In this document: positions 58,010 to 64,000 of the stretch, piece by piece | How positions within the stretch are numbered: position 1 is the stretch's first letter | Layout of the letters: each line of letters opens with the position of its first letter | Source of the DNA: Rhodosorus marinus CCMP1338 | Taxonomy: Eukaryota; Plantae; Rhodophyta | Direction: 5' to 3' | Length of the DNA stretch: 64,000 nucleotides | Assembly (NCBI GenBank): GCA_029953675.1 | Contig: JAMWBK010000001.1 | Location: 1,426,001-1,490,000, forward strand | Translations under genes and position numbers: made by a program | Notes under the pieces: model-generated | Told to the model about the DNA's origin: nothing | Databases searched by the model: none | Seen by the model: only the letters and a program-made list of their open reading frames with translations

Positions 58010-59450
58010 TTGCTGAGGCGCTACACAAAGCGTGAAAGGAAAACTAGAGAGCTGGGGAAAGAAGCGTGCAAGTCCAGGCGGCGATGGCGAGCCACGGGAA
58101 GCATACTGCTAGAGTATCGCTACAGGGCGACACTGAAACCGCGTATGAGCTCCAATTATTCTCCAGGATGGTCAGTAAAGCGCTCGCGAAACCAATCCAA
58201 ACCCAACTTGTCCAGGTGGCCGCGGTTTCCCGGCTGAAAAACTGGAACCTGTGCGAGAGTTTTGTTAACATGGCTTTATTGGTTGGCTTTATTAGCATAG
58301 CCTGATGCGCTACGGATGACGTAAAAGGGAACTAGGGACTAGGGAGAAGAGCATGCAAGCCTAGGCGGCGGTGACGCCCCTCGGCGAGCATTATGCTAGA
58401 ATACCGCCAGCGAGCGACACTTAAACGGCGGACGGGCGCCAGATTGTTCAAGATGTTCGGAGGAACGTTTTGCGCAGCCAGTCCAAGCTTGACTTTTCCA
58501 GATGCCCAAATGAAAGGCTGGAACATGTGAGACCGGCTCTCTTCCCGGGGAAGGCTGGCCATGCTCTCAGCATAGCGTCGTTCCTTCACGAGGAGTTCGC
58601 TCAGGTTGTATTTCAGGCGCGTGCGTCTCTTCGTGTGATGACCTCGCAGCAGTCCGCACGAGCCCAGGAAGCGGTATCCACATCTGTCGATACGGCTCTC
58701 GCAACCCTGGCAGAAGGAACGGCGATTAGAATGCCAATGGCCCGTGGCAAACCCAGGTAGATCCGTGCCGCGGTCAGGAGCTGAGAGGCGTCCTGTCGTT
58801 GCTACGGTGGCGGGGCAGAGTGGCTAGCCATGGGTGGGATAGCTGAACTTCCATGCCGCAGGCGGTGTGGAGTTGAACTAGATTCCGTGAGCAGCACTGT
58901 GTTGGCCCCGAGTGAGGCTATGTTGGATGACATGAATGTGTGAGCTCTACGATCTGCTCAGACCCGGGTAATCGTAGAGCCCGTGGGTGACCGGGCTGAT
59001 TTGCAGATCGTCGATCATCAGGCGATTATTCATCGTTTCCAGTCCAAACTCCCTGCGTCCCCAAAGCAGCTCCCTCCAGGAAGCGAGCTCTGCGATGCTC
59101 TTCCGGAAAGGCCTTGCACTGTCGCAGGGCGTCATAGATGCGCAGTAGCGAAGCCGGAAGGTCGACTGCGTCATCGTTTGTCAGTGCCCAATTCACAATG
59201 CAGGCACTGCGGAACCCCCTAAGGGTATGCAGAGCGGTGGCCCAGGAGGCTACCGTTGCAGTCGAGCAGCAAAGACGTCGGTCACCAACTCCAAAGCCTT
59301 CAAGGCGCAAGGGTGCTCTACCCCAGAGCCATCTGGGCCTGTATGATATCCCTGCCAGGTGTCGATTCCGAGGCAAGTGGTTCATCTCAAAGTGTTCCCA
59401 AATTCGTTAGCGTCGTCTCGTCCGCCTTGGGGGCAATCCACGCCCCATTG
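58010..59450 (-). mobile_element. Diverged A-like fragments in tandem
   Basis: EGFGVGDRRL..VASWATAL, KERRYAES; tail ggctttattagcatagcc near 58290. Confidence 0.8.
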
Positions 59451-60304
59451 GGTGGAAGACTTTGCAAGCCTATGGTAAGGGGCCTCGGTACCCCAGGCGT
59501 TTTGAATGAGTCCGTCATCCTATTGTCTGGAATGACAACATGCTTTCTTCGTGAGTTTTATTTTGAAAATATCTCCGTACAGGGTCAACCATCTAGACTA
59601 CCGTAGCCGCAGATACTAATCCATTCCCTCGCAACCACTAGCGCAAGCCGGCCCTTCAGAATAGTGCGAGCTCTTCAGGGGGGGGAGAGAACGGGTATTT
59701 ACACTGGTGTGACGGTACCACCACACTGTAGTGGAACTTTCCATTGATCTCCAGAATCGCTGAAATCTCCGTCGAGCTCAATATTACCTACGAAAAAGGA
59801 GAGTATTCGAAAAGTCGTCGCCGCAGAATCGTGCAACGGTTGGGCCGACGTCTGCGCTGTTGTGGGAGTGGCTCCCTCCTGCCACCTTCACTCCATCAAC
59901 TCTCACATCGATATTTTTAACAGTTACCTCGGGGGACTACCCCGGTCTAGCATATGCCATAATGGACATCTCACAGACTTGGTGGTCCTTAGCTAGACCA
60001 GTCAAAGGGTCACCAAAATCCCATGCTCTTTCAAGTGAATAAGACTGGCTTTATTAGTGAATAATACAGATTTACGGTCCGGCGAAACACCACATAAATA
60101 GTCGACTGCTGATCTCCACTGTTCGGGAAGTACTTAAAGCGAAACGGGACAGAGTGTTGCTGAGAGGGGTCCCGTAAGTGCGAACGACGCCAAACCATCT
60201 TCGGGGTCCCCAAAGTCTTCAAAGTTGGTAGTCACTTTCGTTGAAATCTACCGCATCGAAAAAATCCCACCTTTGGTCCCCCCCCCCCACCTTTTAAATC
60301 AATT

Positions 60305-60905
60305 GCTTAATGGGAGACTGAAAAAAAAATGAACCGACTCCAAAAAACAACACGGATCCGCGGTTCCAGCATTAATGCACCACCGTTCATACGCCGCAAA
60401 CAAAGAAGCTCAAACAAAGCGTAGACAACGAGGAGAGCCAGTCGGGGTGTGCTCACGAAACGATTTGTCAGTCAATGAGGGCGACCGGCATCCACAAACC
60501 CAAAATACCGTAATTTCAAAAGGGACCAACATCCCGATGTGTGCAGAGCCGAATTCCGCGGGAAGACGGTAACCCCCCCCCCGCATCTTTCACTTCTTTA
60601 ATGAATGAATGAATGAATGGTTTAATCGGAGGCTGAAAAAAAAAACCCCGAGGGGAAAAAAAGACTAAGCGCGGCGAAGTACTCGCGCCTCCAACATCAA
60701 AGCGGCATTCATGCGCCACAGCAGGAAACTTAAGCGGGTAAACAACGATTGAAGACGGTCAGGGCGTTCGCGGAACAACTCCCGAAGCCAGCGAGAACCA
60801 ACAGAGTCCATGAACCCAAAGCACTCAATGATCAGGGGTACCAAGCGATGTGCTAGTGCCGAAGGACGAACACCAGGGGAAGACAAAGCCCCCGCGTATT
60901 TGATC
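60305..60905 (-). mobile_element. Degenerate B-like end (60305-60480) and 5'-truncated B copy (60597-60905)
   Basis: ORF 60665-60886 matches the B C-terminus; (CATT)n tail. Confidence 0.88.
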
Positions 60906-60931
60906 TATTTGCGGGTTACGGAGTGCTCTAG

Positions 60932-61047
60932 TAAACCATTCATTCATTCAGTAAAGCTAGTTTTTTTTTTTTTTTTTTTTTCCCCTCGGGGTTTTTTTTT
61001 TTTTTTTCAGCCTCCGATTAAACCATTCATTCAGTAAAGCTAGTTTT
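60932..61047 (+). mobile_element. B tail remnant with a B 3'-UTR-only insertion
   Basis: agtaaagctagtttt duplicated at 60950-60964 and 61033-61047 around T-run/cccctcgggg/T-run/tail. Confidence 0.75.
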
Positions 61048-64000
61048 GCACTTCGATTTTGACCGTTTCTCGGGCAATTTCCTGTCTCCGGGAGAAACGG
61101 CAGGGCTCTCTGAGCATGAGAGCAGCGTGAAGGCGGCAGCGATCCATTGGCTACGGATTCAGCGCCTTGAGAGGATCTTGTTGGAGCGGTTCCGGTCGGG
61201 CCCTCGTCACCTGCGCATGGCGGTTTCCAGTTTCTTCGATCTGGAGAGGCGACTTGTGCTGACTTCGCGCTACAAGACAGAGCTGCAGCGGGTGGGGATT
61301 TTGGAGGGCTCTGCTTCCAGCACTACTTCCAGCGAGAGTGGTGAGGAAGGGGAGCAGACTGAGGGCACGGCGGTGGAGGACGCCCAGGTTACTTTGCTGA
61401 AGCCCGCGGGATCCGTTCCGCGAGCCTCGCGGAGTGGGTGGCTCACGACTTTGGTGCGGATAGGAGGTAAGAGAGCGAGGACCGACTCCCCCGGGTCTAA
61501 GGGGGAGAAGCACGATTAGCGCTCCAGGCACAGCTGCGAGGTCGCAGCCTATGGATCTACAGTCTTATGTCCTGAAGGAGGGCGGAGACTGGGGCATTTG
61601 GCGTACGCGTTTTCGGAGTTGGCTCCGGCGGTGGATTTCTTTGGAAGGAGGCTCGCTTCCCCTCCGTGGGGGCATTCCCCCAGTCGTCCTTCCTCGTGGA
61701 GACCTTCTAGTAGCTGGAACCATTCTCGATTTCATCTTCACGAGCCTGGCTCGCAACATTCGGGACACAGTCATTTGGGTTTTTCTGGGGGTCATGCCGC
61801 GCCTGATTCTGGCCCCCATTCACACATCGGAGCGCAGATGGCGAGTACGAGACCGACTGGCCCTGTTCTTGAAGGGAGACTTCGAAGTACTACAGCGCAG
61901 CTATTTGGCGTCGTCAGCACCATCCGCCCGTCGGACTCGGCATGGCACAGTGTCGCCCGTGCCGGCTCGAGTACAGAAATTGGTAGCAGTGGGCGATTTA
62001 AGTCGAGCGGCGCGGGTTTTGGAGGGCCAGGCGCCTGTCCTCCCCTACGATGATAGTCTCGCCCAGACGGTGTGGTCTTTGTTCCCTGAGTCCGACGTGG
62101 ATTTGTCCCCTGAATTCGAGGTATTCTTGGACCGTCCGGAGTTGGCCAGGTTTCGCATCGATCTGACGCTCAGTGAGTCTGACCTGGAGGATTTGCTTCG
62201 TACCTCGCGTCGGGGACGCTGTCCCGGACCCTCCGGACTAAGAACAGAGCTATTGCAGGCCCTGAGCCAGCCTGGCAAGAGCGCGCTTCTGAGGTTCCTT
62301 AACAAGTTGTTCCAGGGCGTATCGGGTGCGTCTGCGCCATGGGAACATCTCCGGCAGGCGCAGCTTTGCTTGCTCACGAAACCTGACCACCAGCCGGCCC
62401 ACCCGCGTCTCCGGCCGATCGGGATGGTGGAGAGCCTACGGAAGTTAGCCGGGAGGTGGCTATGCCAGCGCCTTCGCCAGCGCGTTACAGCTTTTATGGC
62501 GCCCTTGCAAGTAGGGGTGGGATTTTCTGGGGGTTGCGAACTGATCACCCATGGGATCGAGCTAGAACGCGCCAGTAGGCCGGAGTGGGGAGTCTTGGTG
62601 GTTGATTTCCGGAACGCATTCAACAGCGTGTCGCGGACGCATGCGCTAGAGGTGCTCCGACGGGTGTTTCCGGAGGCGTGGCCGTTTCTATCGGGTATTT
62701 ACGGAGGGGAGAGCCTCCCCTACTTGACAACGGAAGGCACTGTTTTTCAAGCACATACTGGCGTCCAACAAGGCGACCCTTGCGGACCTCTTCTTCATGC
62801 CTGTGCCCTACAGCTCGTACTTTTACGTCTTTCGACTGAGGTCTCGGATCTTCGAATCTGCGCGTACCACGATGACGTAACATTGCTGGGCACCCCTGAC
62901 ACCCTGGCTAGGGGACTGACCGCGATCGAAGCGATTGCACGTCGCGTCGGTTTGACTGTGGAAACAGAAAAATGTCGCTTTCTCCCCCCGAGGGACGTGT
63001 CGCTGACCTCTCTGCCACCCACTCTGCGACTAATCAGCGAACGTGAAGGGTTCGAACACCACGGCGTCGGATTGGGGACTGACAACTTTGTCCAAGCATC
63101 CTGCGAGCGAGTTTTGGCACGGCACAAGCAACTCACCGACGCCATTGAGCATCTACCCGACAGCATGCTGCAATCGGCCTGCTTGCTTTCCCGCTTTTGT
63201 GCCGGTCCCAGACTCAACTACTGGTTGCGCAGCCTGCCTCCAGCTTGGGGCTCGTGGATCGCGGCTAAAGCCGACGAAATGACCCTGCAACACTGGGGAA
63301 CGCTCTTGGATGAGCCCCTCGATCTTGGAGCTGCTCCCGACAGGGACTTTATTCGTGAACAGATCGCTCTACCGTTGCGATTAGGGGGATTCGGCGTCGC
63401 AGACCGTGGGCTGGTATGCTCGCCAGCGGCGGTTGCCTCCTGGGCTACCGCGCCGCGAACGTTGGTGACCTTCCAGATGCGAAGTGTCTGCCTCTTGGCT
63501 CGAGCTTTGACCAACGAGGATCCAGTGACCCTGCCGCCCCCGCTTTTGACAATTTATGATGGTCTTCAACACGCGTTCAGGAGGTGCAACGCCGTGCCGG
63601 ACGCAAATCGGTCCCGCTTTGGTTCCTGGAGGGAGCTGTTATGGGGACGAGCTGAAGCGATTGAGGATTGTCCCCTCGACCGAGTTCTTGCCGATGACGG
63701 AGAGGCTAGCCCCGGGTCCCCTGTTGCAGACTACCCGGGTTTGAGCCGATTGTGGAGCTCCCGCACTGATGTGATTCAACATAGCCTCACCTGGGGCCAA
63801 CACAGTGCCGCTCACACAGTCATGCTCAATTCTCCTCTCACGCCGCCTACCACTGCCGCTCGTCTCCGCGGCATGGGAGGCCACCTCTCGCACTTGTGGT
63901 TAACCACTCTACCGTCGTCATTGAGTCATCGTCTCGATGCTTTCCAGTTCCGTTCTGCCGCACGGATCTATCTCGGTTTGCCACAGGCTCCGTGGCACTC
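61046..64000 (+). mobile_element. Family A copy A7, starts mid-ORF1, runs off the window
   Basis: ORF1 remainder 61046-61519 then ORF2. Confidence 0.95.
61551..64000 (+). CDS. A7 ORF2 (RT), partial at window end
   Basis: ATG 61551 is in frame with MPR at 61794 and begins MDLQSYVL..WRTRFRSW..GSLPL..VVLPR, homologous to the B ORF2 N-terminus; I did not check every codon. Confidence 0.8.
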   Translation, partial: MDLQSYVLKEGGDWGIWRTRFRSWLRRWISLEGGSLPLRGGIPPVVLPRGDLLVAGTILDFIFTSLARNIRDTVIWVFLGVMPRLILAPIHTSERRWRVRDRLALFLKGDFEVLQRSYLASSAPSARRTRHGTVSPVPARVQKLVAVGDLSRAARVLEGQAPVLPYDDSLAQTVWSLFPESDVDLSPEFEVFLDRPELARFRIDLTLSESDLEDLLRTSRRGRCPGPSGLRTELLQALSQPGKSALLRFLNKLFQGVSGASAPWEHLRQAQLCLLTKPDHQPAHPRLRPIGMVESLRKLAGRWLCQRLRQRVTAFMAPLQVGVGFSGGCELITHGIELERASRPEWGVLVVDFRNAFNSVSRTHALEVLRRVFPEAWPFLSGIYGGESLPYLTTEGTVFQAHTGVQQGDPCGPLLHACALQLVLLRLSTEVSDLRICAYHDDVTLLGTPDTLARGLTAIEAIARRVGLTVETEKCRFLPPRDVSLTSLPPTLRLISEREGFEHHGVGLGTDNFVQASCERVLARHKQLTDAIEHLPDSMLQSACLLSRFCAGPRLNYWLRSLPPAWGSWIAAKADEMTLQHWGTLLDEPLDLGAAPDRDFIREQIALPLRLGGFGVADRGLVCSPAAVASWATAPRTLVTFQMRSVCLLARALTNEDPVTLPPPLLTIYDGLQHAFRRCNAVPDANRSRFGSWRELLWGRAEAIEDCPLDRVLADDGEASPGSPVADYPGLSRLWSSRTDVIQHSLTWGQHSAAHTVMLNSPLTPPTTAARLRGMGGHLSHLWLTTLPSSLSHRLDAFQFRSAARIYLGLPQAPWH

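Noticed and set aside
5734-63893. Many recurrent 60-200-aa ORFs (MLSAYRR.., MSLGPAQ.., MNAFRKS.., MWTLRLP..)
   Set aside because: Antisense or alternate frames of GC-rich A/B ORF2, repeated only because the elements are repeated

Overview
Eukaryotic genomic window (organism not assignable from the sequence). Roughly 60% is non-LTR retrotransposon sequence with RT plus a C-terminal zinc knuckle and a restriction-like endonuclease (RLE), CRE-like. I label the families A, B and C/D/E; these names are mine. The longer copies have two ORFs and share an ORF1 I do not recognise. The copies are nested, and target-site duplications (TSDs) let the order be rebuilt. A full-length A (26280-31108) sits in a B (22635-32222) whose two ORFs are otherwise open, and that B sits in a C element, which is part of a head-to-tail chain spanning about 20170-38520. 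The families appear to differ in targeting. A lands in A-type 3' tails (AGTAAAGTCC-like). C/D junctions fall at TAGTCTGGGG-like motifs, which also end C/D elements. B sites share no sequence. The host genes are all intronless with N-terminal signal-like peptides: a duplicated 333-aa protein, a 171-aa two-repeat CX3CX3C protein, two RTX-type Ca-binding repeat proteins plus a B-disrupted third, and a 463-aa protein. There is also a copia RT fragment, a ~3.1-kb segmental duplication and TCCGATA-rich repeats. No rRNA, tRNA or CRISPR was found. Most short ORFs in the track are antisense or shadow frames of the retroelements.
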